DNA of 24,000 bases, taken from the NCBI GenBank assembly GCA_028281925.1, contig JANQIX010000110.1:46271-70270 (forward strand), written 5' to 3'. The notes under the pieces were generated by a model, which did not search any database, had not been told where the DNA came from, and saw nothing but the letters and a program-made list of their open reading frames with translations. This document shows, piece after piece, positions 1-8,712 of the stretch. The position numbers and the translations under genes are program-made. This DNA comes from Alphaproteobacteria bacterium (GTDB taxonomy: Bacteria; Pseudomonadota; Alphaproteobacteria; DSM-16000; Inquilinaceae). Numbering within the stretch: position 1 is the first letter of the stretch; each line of letters starts with the position of its first letter.

Positions 1-412
1 AGGCGATTCCTACAGGATCTGAGGCTTCGTTGCGGGCCGGAGCGGCCAGATGCCGCAACAGCCGGTCGGCCGCACGCGGCAGCAGTGCCGCCGCATCCTC
101 CAGCGATCCCGGTTCAGGCAGATCCAGCGCATCGGCCAGGCCGCGCGGCGTCGGCAGGCAGAAGCGTGCCGGATGGACGAAGGCGAACAGCTCCAAGAGA
201 TCCAGAGCCGGCACAAAGGCCCGGCCTGCGCGGCGGGCCATGGCACGGGCGTGGCAGACATAGACCGGCGGCCCCTGCAGACGCTCGGCCAGCCCGTCGC
301 CGTCGAGCGTCGTCAACTCACCGTCGGCCGTCAGCAGCACCCCGCCCGTTGTGCCGAGGACCAGGGCGTCGGCGCGCGGCAAGAGGATCCGGGGATGGGG
401 ATGGTCATCCAT
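1..412 (-). CDS. 5' portion of a gene that runs off the left edge; the N-terminus resembles alphaproteobacterial DinG-family ATP-dependent DNA helicases
   Basis: Absent from the ORF track because it leaves the window. Manual translation from the ATG (complement of 410-412) gives 137 uninterrupted codons: [32 protein letters not shown]...[14 protein letters not shown]...[32 protein letters not shown]... The frame is strongly GC3-biased and divergent from lysS. The product name comes from memory of similar N-termini, not from a search. Confidence 0.45.
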   Translation of the reverse strand, partial: MDDHPHPRILLPRADALVLGTTGGVLLTADGELTTLDGDGLAERLQGPPVYVCHARAMARRAGRAFVPALDLLELFAFVHPARFCLPTPRGLADALDLPEPGSLEDAAALLPRAADRLLRHLAAPARNEASDPVGIA

Positions 413-542
413 GGCCGCAGCCTACACCCCAGCGGACGCCGGCGGGGCACCGCAATGCAAAAGCCCGGTCGGACCGGTTCAAAAAGCCGTATCCCGGCCC
501 TATAGTGCGCGGCCTTTTGCCCCGCAAACGTTCGAAGCGCCC

Positions 543-2060
543 ATGTCGTCCAACCCCGAAGACTTAGCCGAGACCCATCTTCCGCCGCATCACGCCGACT
601 CGCCCTTCAAGGCATCACGGCTGGAAAAGCTGCGCGCCTTGCGCGCGGCCGGTATCGACCCCTATCCCTACGGTTTCGACCGAACGGACATGGCCGCCGA
701 GCTGCATGAGCGGTATGCCGAACTGCCCGCCGATACCGAGACGGCGGACGTCGTGCGCGTCGCCGGGCGCATTCGGGCCATGCGCAACAACGGCATGTTC
801 ATCGACCTGCACGATGTGGGCGGGAAGATCCAGGTCTTCAGCCATCGCGACAACCTGGATGAAGCGCAGCTAGAGATCCTGCGCTGCCTGGATCTCGGCG
901 ACATCCTTGGGGTTGAGGGCATCGTGCGCCGCACCAAGCGGGGCGAGCTGTCGGTCAGTGCCAGCAGGCTTACGCCGCTGTGCAAGACCCTGGAGACGCT
1001 GCCGGAGAAGTATCACGGGCTGGTGGACATCGAGGCGCGCTATCGCCAGCGCTATGTCGACCTGATCATGAACGAAGAAAGCCGGGTGACGCTGCGGCGC
1101 CGCGCCGCCGCCTTGTCCGCCTTCCGCGCGGAGTTGGGGGAGCGCGGGTTTCTGGAAGTCGAAACCCCGATGCTGCATGCCATCTATGGCGGCGCGGCGG
1201 CGAAGCCGTTCGAAACCCATCACAATGCGTTGGACCTGGACCTCTATCTGCGCATCGCGCTTGAGCTCTATCTGAAGCGGCTGATCGTCGGCGGGCTGGC
1301 CGACGGCGTCTATGAGATCGGCCGCTGTTTCAGGAATGAAGGGCTGTCGCCGCGCCACAACCCGGAATTCACCATGATGGAGTGCTATCGGGCCTATGCC
1401 GATTACAGCGACATCATGGACCTGACCGAGGCCCTGCTGGCGCGCGCCGCAAGAGAGATCCACGACGGCACACAGGTCACCTATGACGGCAAGACCATCG
1501 ACTTTGCCGGCCCCTACCCCCGCAAGTCCATGGCCGGTCTAGTGCACGAGGCGACGGGCGTCGACTTTCTGGCAATCGACGGGGCAGAAGCCGCCCGCGC
1601 GGCCGCTCGCGACCTGGGTGCGGAGGTCACAGGCAAGGAGACCTGGGGGTCGGCCCTGGAACTGGCGTTCGAGCACACGGTCGAGGCCAGCCTGGTCCAG
1701 CCCACCCATGTGATCGACTTCCCGCGCGACATCTCCCCCCTGGCGAAGGCCCATCGCACCGACCCGCGGCTGACGGAACGGTTCGAGACCTTCGTCAACG
1801 GCTGGGAGGTCGCCAACGGATTTTCAGAGCTGAACGATCCGCAGGACCAGTACGAGCGCTTCGAGGCCCAGGTCACGGCGCGGGCGGCCGGCGACGAAGA
1901 GGCGCCGCCCATGGACCGCGACTTCGTGACCGCCCTGGAATTCGGCATGCCGCCGACCGGGGGGCTGGGCATCGGTATCGACCGCGTGACGATGCTGCTG
2001 ACCGACAGCCCGACGATCCGCGAGGTGATCGCCTTTCCGACCTTGCGTCCCAAACGGTGA
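543..2060 (+). CDS. lysS: Lysine--tRNA ligase, class II
   Basis: Part of ORF 351..2060; the likely true start is the ATG at 543 ([10 protein letters not shown]...). Class II aaRS motifs are present: [18 protein letters not shown] (motif 2) and [15 protein letters not shown] (motif 3). There is also an OB-fold anticodon-binding N-domain ([21 protein letters not shown]) and the typical YRQRYVDLI block. Confidence 0.95.
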   Translation: MSSNPEDLAETHLPPHHADSPFKASRLEKLRALRAAGIDPYPYGFDRTDMAAELHERYAELPADTETADVVRVAGRIRAMRNNGMFIDLHDVGGKIQVFSHRDNLDEAQLEILRCLDLGDILGVEGIVRRTKRGELSVSASRLTPLCKTLETLPEKYHGLVDIEARYRQRYVDLIMNEESRVTLRRRAAALSAFRAELGERGFLEVETPMLHAIYGGAAAKPFETHHNALDLDLYLRIALELYLKRLIVGGLADGVYEIGRCFRNEGLSPRHNPEFTMMECYRAYADYSDIMDLTEALLARAAREIHDGTQVTYDGKTIDFAGPYPRKSMAGLVHEATGVDFLAIDGAEAARAAARDLGAEVTGKETWGSALELAFEHTVEASLVQPTHVIDFPRDISPLAKAHRTDPRLTERFETFVNGWEVANGFSELNDPQDQYERFEAQVTARAAGDEEAPPMDRDFVTALEFGMPPTGGLGIGIDRVTMLLTDSPTIREVIAFPTLRPKR

Positions 2061-2074
2061 CACCGCGGGTGGCG

Positions 2075-2791
2075 TCAGTCCTCGCGCACGAACACGCCGT
2101 CCATCTCCAGCATCCGGGCCGTGCGCTTGTTGAAATAGCCCGGGAGGAACAGCACCGGCTGGAACCCCCACCCGTCGAGGCGCTCGATCATCGCGCGATA
2201 GTCAAGCTGACCGCGATAGACCGGGATAATGGAGAGTTCCACCTGAACGGCCGCGAGGCGGCTCATGACGCCACGGGCACCGGCCAGCACGCGGTCATCG
2301 TAGCCCTGGGTGTCGACCTTGAGGAAGACGCGGTCGTCGGACCTGACATGCTTGGCGAAGACGGCATCCAGCCGGGCCTGGGAGACGCTTTCGCTGGCGA
2401 TGAAGGCGGAGCTGTCCAGCAGAGTGGCCATCTCAGCCGTGAAGTCCAGCGGCGAGCTCATGTCGCTTTCGGCAGAGACGTTGATGGCCAGCGGTGTGTC
2501 GCTGTCGCCAAGCGCGATCCGGGGGGCGACCTCCCAAGCATGATCGTCCACCGCCGCGTTCATCAGCTCAAGATGCGCGGCCGAGACCGGTTCGAAAGAG
2601 ACGATCCGGCCGGCATAACCCGCCCGCCTGAGACGTTGGGCGTACTGCCCGGTATTGGCGCCGACATCCAGCACCGCGGTGATGCCGAGATGCTCGATCA
2701 CGCGGGCGAGCCGCCGTGTCCCCTCGCTGACGGGCCGGTCCGGCGTCTCCGGACCGGCCGATCGCTCAGCCGGCTCAGGCGGCGTGGGCAT
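2075..2791 (-). CDS. FkbM-family SAM-dependent methyltransferase
   Basis: 238-aa ORF starting at ATG 2789-2791. Carries VLDVGANTGQYAQRLRRAGYAGRIVSFEP (SAM-binding G-x-G-type motif, typical of the FkbM family) and FLKVDTQGYD. Overlaps the upstream aminotransferase stop by 17 bp on the same strand. Confidence 0.8.
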   Translation of the reverse strand: MPTPPEPAERSAGPETPDRPVSEGTRRLARVIEHLGITAVLDVGANTGQYAQRLRRAGYAGRIVSFEPVSAAHLELMNAAVDDHAWEVAPRIALGDSDTPLAINVSAESDMSSPLDFTAEMATLLDSSAFIASESVSQARLDAVFAKHVRSDDRVFLKVDTQGYDDRVLAGARGVMSRLAAVQVELSIIPVYRGQLDYRAMIERLDGWGFQPVLFLPGYFNKRTARMLEMDGVFVRED

Positions 2792-3620
2792 AGTCCCAAT
2801 AAAGCTTGCGCGCCTTGTTGAAGAACGGCCCCGGCTGAAGGTCGCGGTCTTCGATGCGTGAGAACGACATCACCTTGCCGTAGTTGCCGGTGGAGAATAC
2901 CTCGTCCGCCTCCAGCACCTCAGCCGGTGTCACCGCCCTCTCCTGCACCTCGACGCCGTCATCGCGCAGCAGCTTGATCACCCGCCGCCGCGTGATGCCG
3001 TCGAGGAACGTGCCGTTGGGCGCCGGTGTGGCCACCGCACCGTCCTTGGCGACGAAGATATTGGCCGTGGCGAATTCCGCCACATTGCCGATCTGGTCCA
3101 GCATAACGGCGTTCTGAAAGCCGCGGCGCTTGGCCTCCTGCAGTGCCAAGCCGGACTGCGGATAGAGGCAGGACGCTTTCGCCGATGTGGGCGCCACCTC
3201 AGGGCTCGGCCGGCGGCGCGTCGAAAGGCAAGCCGTGGATCCCGTTGCCGGGGGCATCGGCACTTCGTACACCGTTGCCACGAACTGCGTGCTCTCCGGG
3301 TCGGGGTCGACCCACCCATCCTCGGCGAAGAACATGGGACGTATATAGAGGTCGGACCCGCGGCGGAAGCGGTGCACGCCGTCCAGCGCGATCTCAAACA
3401 CCTCGCCGGCCGTCACCGGCGGAGCGAGGCCGAGATTGCGGGCGGAGTCGATGACGCGAGCGCAGTGCTGGTCGAGATCCGGCGTCACGCCCTCAAACGC
3501 CCTGGCGCCGTCAAAGACGATCGACGACAACCACAACGCGTGTGTCAGCGGCCCGACCAGTCGCGGATTCCCCTCAATCCACTGTCCGCAATGATATGTC
3601 CATGCCTTGCCCTTCGCCAT
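2775..3620 (-). CDS. Class-IV (branched-chain amino acid) aminotransferase
   Basis: Part of ORF 2775..3659. The preferred start is the ATG at 3620 (MAKGKAWTY...), preceded by GGAGGAG (complement of 3624-3630). Fold-type IV features include SSIVFDGARAFEG, DLYIRPMFF and ATANIFVAKDGAVATP...FLDGITRRRV. Confidence 0.85.
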   Translation of the reverse strand: MAKGKAWTYHCGQWIEGNPRLVGPLTHALWLSSIVFDGARAFEGVTPDLDQHCARVIDSARNLGLAPPVTAGEVFEIALDGVHRFRRGSDLYIRPMFFAEDGWVDPDPESTQFVATVYEVPMPPATGSTACLSTRRRPSPEVAPTSAKASCLYPQSGLALQEAKRRGFQNAVMLDQIGNVAEFATANIFVAKDGAVATPAPNGTFLDGITRRRVIKLLRDDGVEVQERAVTPAEVLEADEVFSTGNYGKVMSFSRIEDRDLQPGPFFNKARKLYWDYAHAA

Positions 3621-3772
3621 GGGCTCCTCCATCGGCGCGGAAACGAAGACGCTTGTCAAAATGGAAGCATAGACCCTCGCCGCCGCAGAGCGCCAGCAAA
3701 AGCGGTGCTGCGGCGGTCGTGGCAGATCGTCCGTTCCGCCGGATGAAACGCAGGTGGCGTCGCCTGACGAAG

Positions 3773-4405
3773 CTACTGGCTGGCCCAGATGATGCGCGCG
3801 ATCCAGTCGATATCCGCGCGTCGCAGAGAACGGTCCTCGAAGGCGGGATTGAGAGACTTCAGATCGACCAAATTGGCGGTCATGCGCGCCAGTTCCTTTG
3901 CCATCACCTCGCCGCCGCGCGTCTTCACCACGACGCGATCGCCGCGCCGGATATCGGCCGCCGGCGACACGATGATGCGATCGCCGTCCCGGAACACCGG
4001 CTGCATGCTGTCGCCGCTGATCTCAAGGGCATAGGCGTGGGGATCGGAGAGATCGGGAAACTCCACCTCGTCCCACCCGCCCCCGGCCGGAAAACCGGCG
4101 TCGTCGAAGTAACCCTCCGATCCTGCCTGTGCATAGCCGATGACCGGCAGCCGCTGCGGACCAATCCTTCGCGGCGCATCGTCCAGCAACGTTATGAATT
4201 GGTCGATCGGCGTCGATGTTGCGTCCAGGATCTTCGCAAGGCTCTCGGTCGACGGCCACCGCGTGCGGCCTTCCGCCGTCTGCCGCTTCGACGGGTTGAA
4301 GGTCGTCGGGTCAAGCCCGGCCCGGCGGGCCAGCCCCGACGGAGACAGGCCTTGCGACCGAGCCAATCGGTCGATCGCGCGCCAGATATTTGCGTGTCTG
4401 AACAT
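3773..4405 (-). CDS. LexA/phage-repressor-like transcriptional regulator (N-terminal HTH, C-terminal S24 peptidase domain)
   Basis: 210 aa. The N-terminus, IWRAIDRLARSQGLSPSGLARRAGLDPTTF, looks like an HTH. The C-terminus has the S24 Ser motif EISGDSMQPVFRDGDRIIV and a downstream Lys (VVVKTRGGEVMAKEL). Confidence 0.8.
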   Translation of the reverse strand: MFRHANIWRAIDRLARSQGLSPSGLARRAGLDPTTFNPSKRQTAEGRTRWPSTESLAKILDATSTPIDQFITLLDDAPRRIGPQRLPVIGYAQAGSEGYFDDAGFPAGGGWDEVEFPDLSDPHAYALEISGDSMQPVFRDGDRIIVSPAADIRRGDRVVVKTRGGEVMAKELARMTANLVDLKSLNPAFEDRSLRRADIDWIARIIWASQ

Positions 4406-4470
4406 GGGAACATCGTCTCATACATAAGGCCGCGGCGTCCCTGCCAAAATGCGGCCGCCAAGTCCCGCGA

Positions 4471-5436
4471 CTATCGCAACCTCAATGCCGAGAAGACGCG
4501 GTCGACAGACAGGTCGGCGAGCTGTGCCTGCTGAATCAACCCGACATCGTGACCGACCGGCGCATGGCGCGCGGGGTCGGAAGACGCGGAAAACAGGACC
4601 AGCGAGGGACAGCCGACCAATGCCGCAAGATGCATCGGCCCGGTGTCATTGCCGACCGCCCCGTCAGCCCGCCGGGCAAGTGCCGCCAGTTGATCGAGCG
4701 ACGTCCGCCCCGTTAGATCGACGACCGAGGCGCTGGCCGCGGCGATCTCTCGATTGGCCTCCGCCTCCGCACGGGTCCCGACCAGGACCGACGCCAGGCC
4801 TCGGTCGGCCAACCTGTTGGCAAGTCTGGCAAACCGGCTGTGCGGCCAGCGCTTCTCCGGCCGGCCGGGTGAACTGCCCGTCACCAGAAGAACGAACCGA
4901 TCCGGCAGCTGCGGATCGTCGAGCGTGGCGTCCATCCAGTCGAGATCAGGCCGGGTTACGCCGTGGACGCCGGCTGCGGCGAGCTGTTCGGCCATGCGGT
5001 CGAGCGCATGAATTTGACGCCGCCGCGGATTGGCGTGGGGGTACGAGCAACCGCGGGCCGTTCCCGACCATTCCGGCCGGCGTCCCGGGCCCATCATCCG
5101 GTAGTAGAGGGCCGTGCGGTCGTTGGTCTGCAGGTCGTAGACACGGCTAAATCGGGCGGAACGCAGCCGTGCGCGCAGGTCCAGCACAGCTCCGATGTGC
5201 CATAGGCGAGGCCGGCCATCCGTCCACACCTCGGCCACTTGCCCACTTCTGCGGAACAGATCGCCGAAGGGCGGCGTGGTCAGAACAGTGATCGCCGCCT
5301 GCGGGTGATGGCGGCGGATCGCCGCCAGCGGACCGAAGGACACGATCACATCGCCCAGTGCGCCGAGCTTGATGACCAGGATGCGCTCGTCAGCGGCCTC
5401 CGCCGCGGCTGGATCCGGCACGATCTCGGCCACCAT
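4471..5436 (-). CDS. Glycosyltransferase family 9 (LPS heptosyltransferase-like)
   Basis: 321 aa. Begins with ILVIKLGALGDVIVSFGPLAAIRRHHPQAAITVLT (typical GT9 N-terminus). The C-terminal part has DLTGRTSLDQLAALARRADGAVGNDTGPMHLAA (GT9 ADP-heptose-binding region). Confidence 0.85.
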   Translation of the reverse strand: MVAEIVPDPAAAEAADERILVIKLGALGDVIVSFGPLAAIRRHHPQAAITVLTTPPFGDLFRRSGQVAEVWTDGRPRLWHIGAVLDLRARLRSARFSRVYDLQTNDRTALYYRMMGPGRRPEWSGTARGCSYPHANPRRRQIHALDRMAEQLAAAGVHGVTRPDLDWMDATLDDPQLPDRFVLLVTGSSPGRPEKRWPHSRFARLANRLADRGLASVLVGTRAEAEANREIAAASASVVDLTGRTSLDQLAALARRADGAVGNDTGPMHLAALVGCPSLVLFSASSDPARHAPVGHDVGLIQQAQLADLSVDRVFSALRLR

Positions 5437-5517
5437 CGGCCCTGGTTGCTCCGGCGTTTCGGATGGGATGGTCAGCGAACCTGCGGCCGCGTGCTTAGCG
5501 AGCGGCTCAGGGAGTCG

Positions 5518-6672
5518 TCAAGCGCTACGCCGCTCCGCCCGATCGGCCAGCAGTTCGTCATAGACATCGATAGTCGCATCGGTCATCTGGCGCCGGTCGA
5601 AATGCGTGCGCACGAAGGCGATCGCCCGGTCGGCCATCGCCGATCGTTCGTCGGGTTCCAGGGACAGGGCATTGGCCAGCGCTTCCGTCAGTGTGGCCGG
5701 GTCGCCCGGTGCCGTCAGCCAGCCGGTGCTGCCATGCTGCAAGTTCTCCGAAGGGGCTCCGAGATCGCTGGCGATCACGGGCCGTCCCATGGCCTGTGCC
5801 TCGACGATGACACGCCCGAACCCCTCCGGATCGGTCGAAGCATGCACGACGACGTCCGACAGCATGTAAGCCGCCGGCATGTCGCTGCACTCTTCGTCGA
5901 TGCGCACCACGCTTCCCAGGCCGAGATCGACCGCCCGGCGCTCCAGCTCCCGCCGGTAGGCCGTCCGCCCCTGGGCCGATCCGACCAGCACACAGCGGAT
6001 ATCCTGCCGACCGAGCCGCGCCAGCGCTTCGAGCAGGACCATCTGCCCCTTCCAGCGCGTCAGCCGCGCCGGCATCAGAATGACGGGCACGCCGTCGGGC
6101 AGGCTCCAGCGTCGCGAGAGCTGAACCACGCGTTCCGCGCTGACCATATCCGGTGCGAATCGATCGAAATCAATGCCACGCGGAATGACACGGACCTTAC
6201 TGTCGTCGACACTGTAGTTGGAAACGATGTAGCGGCGGACGTGGTCAGAGATGGCGATCATGCGGTCGCCGCGTGCCATTACAGAATTGTACCAGCGCTT
6301 GAGAGGCGACGTGATGCCGTACGGCGCGTGGAAAGTTGTGACAAAAGGCGTTCCGGTATCACGGCAGGCGAGGAACGCGCTCCACGCCGGGGCGCGGCTG
6401 CGTGCGTGCACAATGTCGACGCCGCGCGCGTGGACGATTTCCGCAAGATGGCGGGCGTTGCGGCGGATGGCCCAGGGTCGCTTGGTGGCCAGCGGCAGGG
6501 TGATGTGCTCCACCTCAGCCCGAATCAGTTCGCGAACCATGGCGCCACCGGACGATGCCACCAGAGCCGTGCCGCCCGCCTCGGCGACGGCCAGCGCAAC
6601 ATCCACGCAGCCGCGTTCCGCACCCCCCGTTACCAGTGACGGCAGCACCTGCAGGATGACGGGACCGGACAT
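5518..6672 (-). CDS. Glycosyltransferase family 4 (GT-B, LPS/core or EPS glycosyltransferase)
   Basis: ORF 5518..6783. The start is uncertain, with candidates at 6672 (MSGPVILQVLPSLVTGGAERG), 6714 and 6783. The 6783 start would overlap the divergent hydrolase gene and its strong RBS. Motifs: GGAERGCVDVA near the N-terminus and the C-terminal EGFGRVIVEAQAMGRPVIASDLGA (the E-x7-E region of GT4). Confidence 0.8.
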   Translation of the reverse strand: MSGPVILQVLPSLVTGGAERGCVDVALAVAEAGGTALVASSGGAMVRELIRAEVEHITLPLATKRPWAIRRNARHLAEIVHARGVDIVHARSRAPAWSAFLACRDTGTPFVTTFHAPYGITSPLKRWYNSVMARGDRMIAISDHVRRYIVSNYSVDDSKVRVIPRGIDFDRFAPDMVSAERVVQLSRRWSLPDGVPVILMPARLTRWKGQMVLLEALARLGRQDIRCVLVGSAQGRTAYRRELERRAVDLGLGSVVRIDEECSDMPAAYMLSDVVVHASTDPEGFGRVIVEAQAMGRPVIASDLGAPSENLQHGSTGWLTAPGDPATLTEALANALSLEPDERSAMADRAIAFVRTHFDRRQMTDATIDVYDELLADRAERRSA

Positions 6673-6744
6673 CTCGCCATGATCGATGGAAGCGACAGCT
6701 GGGCCGGTCGTCATTGAGTCTATGTCGGCGAGAAGGAGGGAAGG

Positions 6745-7623
6745 ATGCAGTCCTTCAGCGACGATAGCGCCCCACCGGAGCAAACGCTAGAGCGACCCGG
6801 GGGTATTGCGCTTGCCTACCATCGCGTGCAAGCGGACAACGCCGCGTCCGGTCCGGGGGTGGTGTTCCTGACGGGCTACCTGTCGGACATGAGCGGATCC
6901 AAAGCCCTGCACCTGGAAGGGCATTGCCGGGACCGCGGCCAGGCCTTCGTGCGCTTCGACTATCGCGGCCACGGCCGTTCGGGCGGCCGCTTTGAAGACG
7001 GCACGATCGGGGCCTGGCGCGACGACGCGATCGCCGTTCTAGACGCGCTTACGGAAGGCCCGCAGATCCTGGTGGGGTCGTCCATGGGCGGCTGGATCGC
7101 CGTGCTGGCGGCTCTGGCGCGGCCCGACCGGGTGGCCGGGCTGATTACGGTCGCAGCGGCGGTCGACATGACGGCCGACATGATCTGGCCACAGCTCGAT
7201 GGTCGCGATCGGGCGACGCTGCGCCGCGATGGCCGTCTGGAGCGCCCCTCGCCCTATGGCGACGCCCCGTTCGTCGTCACCTGGGCGCTGATGGAGGAGG
7301 CGGAGCGCCATGTGTTGCTGCGCGCGCCCATCGAGATCGCCTGCTCGGCCCGGCTGCTGCACGGCATGCGCGACCCGGACGTACCTTGGCGCCAGAGTGT
7401 GCGGCTGATGGAACGCCTCGCCGCGGAGGATGTGCGGCTGCTGCTGATCAAAGATGGCGGCCACCGGCTTTCGGACCCGGAACACTTGGCCTTGCTGACC
7501 GGAGCGGTGGACGAACTGAGCGCGATCGCAACGCCCCAGAGCGCGTCAATGGAGCAGCCTTCGCCGGCGGCGGCGGCGGAACAGGAGCAGGATGAGAAGG
7601 CCGGGCACGGCGAAGACAACTGA
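6745..7623 (+). CDS. Alpha/beta-fold hydrolase
   Basis: ATG at 6745 preceded by AAGGAGG (6733-6739). Carries VVFLTGYLSDMSG, RFDYRGHGRSGG and the nucleophile elbow GSSMGGWIA, with a late GGHRLSDP (catalytic His region). The last ~26 codons overlap the convergent membrane-protein ORF. Confidence 0.8.
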   Translation: MQSFSDDSAPPEQTLERPGGIALAYHRVQADNAASGPGVVFLTGYLSDMSGSKALHLEGHCRDRGQAFVRFDYRGHGRSGGRFEDGTIGAWRDDAIAVLDALTEGPQILVGSSMGGWIAVLAALARPDRVAGLITVAAAVDMTADMIWPQLDGRDRATLRRDGRLERPSPYGDAPFVVTWALMEEAERHVLLRAPIEIACSARLLHGMRDPDVPWRQSVRLMERLAAEDVRLLLIKDGGHRLSDPEHLALLTGAVDELSAIATPQSASMEQPSPAAAAEQEQDEKAGHGEDN

Positions 7624-7896
7624 GGCCGGCGCGAGCACGACATACAAGAGGCCTTGATCCCACACCGCCGGATGCAGATAGCGCTGGACGATGGCCTGGA
7701 CGAAGTTCGGGGATTCGGGGCTGAGCATGTACCACAGCTCACCGAACGTGATGGGCACCTCGCCGGAGGTGATGGAGAACACGCCGGGGCTGACCACAGT
7801 TGTCTCAACCGCCGTGGCCCATATCCACACATCCCGTCCGAGGGTCGCCAACGCTAACAGAAGCAACGCCCAGCCGATGGCGCGAACGACGAACAT
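7546..7896 (-). CDS. Small hypothetical membrane protein (two predicted TM segments, poly-Arg tail)
   Basis: Part of ORF 7546..7950, whose listed start is a TTG. The first ATG is at 7896 (MFVVRAIGWALLLLALATLG...). The second hydrophobic stretch is LLYVVLAPASVVFAVPGLLILLLF, followed by RRRRRRR. No family recognised. Confidence 0.45.
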   Translation of the reverse strand: MFVVRAIGWALLLLALATLGRDVWIWATAVETTVVSPGVFSITSGEVPITFGELWYMLSPESPNFVQAIVQRYLHPAVWDQGLLYVVLAPASVVFAVPGLLILLLFRRRRRRRLLH

Positions 7897-8043
7897 GATG
7901 CGGGGGGGCTCCGAGAGCAGGGCGACCGGATCTCCATTAGACACAACCAAGCTGGAGAATGCAAAGCTCCGCCCCGCAAATCGGCCGGATCGTGCGCATT
8001 GCAGGCGACGGATCGGCCCGCTAAGTATAGGCCGTACCTAAGC

Positions 8044-8134
8044 GGAGGGGTGGCCGAGCGGTTGAAGGCGCACGCCTGGAAAGTGTGTATACGTTAATCG
8101 CGTATCGTGGGTTCGAATCCCATCCCCTCCGCCA
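8044..8134 (+). tRNA. tRNA-Ser (anticodon GGA), class II with long variable arm, CCA encoded
   Basis: Acceptor stem GGAGGGG/CCCCTCC, discriminator G and encoded CCA (8132-8134). Anticodon stem CACGC/GTGTG with loop CTGGAAA, giving anticodon GGA. Long variable arm ATACG-TTAATCG-CGTAT. T arm GTGGG-TTCGAAT-CCCAT. Confidence 0.93.
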
Positions 8135-8712
8135 CTATGCCACGGTTTCTCTGGCGTTTTTGACTGTTCGCACATCTATCCCATACATTTTCCCTACACA
8201 TTGGACCGGGATTGAACTTGCATGCATGCCACATGCGACCACCTAGAGGTCGGTGTTCTATTAATGAGTGATTGCGCACTTCTTTAAGCTTGCACCCTTG
8301 CCAGTTTGAATCCTTAGGCTTAGCGCCACTCGATCGTGCGCAAAGTGCGCGGGGAGTAGCAGAAAGTCTAATATGTGCATATGCACTACAAAACGGCTTC
8401 CCTAGCGATTTTCACTGTGCCCCAATTACCCAAAATGAGTGACCATTCACTTTTCTGTCCTCCAATAGGCAGGTCAGTGACCGGTGAAGCCCAGCTTTGC
8501 GATCGCGAGATCCAGTGCCCCTATCTCACGGCATGGCCCAGCCAAATCGAGGTCAGCCCCACTATCTTGATTAGACGAAAACAAGAATGACAGCGCAGTT
8601 AGGCCTCGAAGCATACTATGGATGCTTGACGACGCCCAAGAAGCAGGTTGCAGTCAATCCCATCGACTGGTACCAAATCAACACGCGGTCAACAGAATTA
8701 CAGTGATGTGAT

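Noticed and set aside
30-567. Plus-strand ORFs 30..263, 50..505 and 85..567, plus minus-strand ORF 10..261.
   Set aside because: Their translations are Arg/Ala/Pro-rich nonsense. They overlap the better-supported GC3-biased minus-strand frame (1..412) that reads like a helicase N-terminus.
2057-2821. 254-aa plus-strand ORF.
   Set aside because: It is antisense to the FkbM methyltransferase, which has the SAM-binding motif.
3542-4534. 330-aa plus-strand ORF.
   Set aside because: It is antisense to the LexA-like repressor gene (which carries the GDSMQP motif) and crosses two intergenic regions. Its composition is low-complexity.
5239-6639. 466-aa plus-strand ORF.
   Set aside because: It is antisense to the GT9 and GT4 glycosyltransferase genes, which have clear family motifs. 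Its product is R/G/D-rich with no recognisable domain.
8094-8279. 61-aa minus-strand ORF.
   Set aside because: It overlaps the tRNA-Ser gene in antisense, and the rest lies in AT-rich non-coding-looking DNA.
8375-8590. 71-aa plus-strand ORF in the AT-rich spacer after the tRNA.
   Set aside because: It has no RBS and no recognisable motif, its codon usage is atypical, and such an ORF is equally likely by chance in AT-richer DNA.
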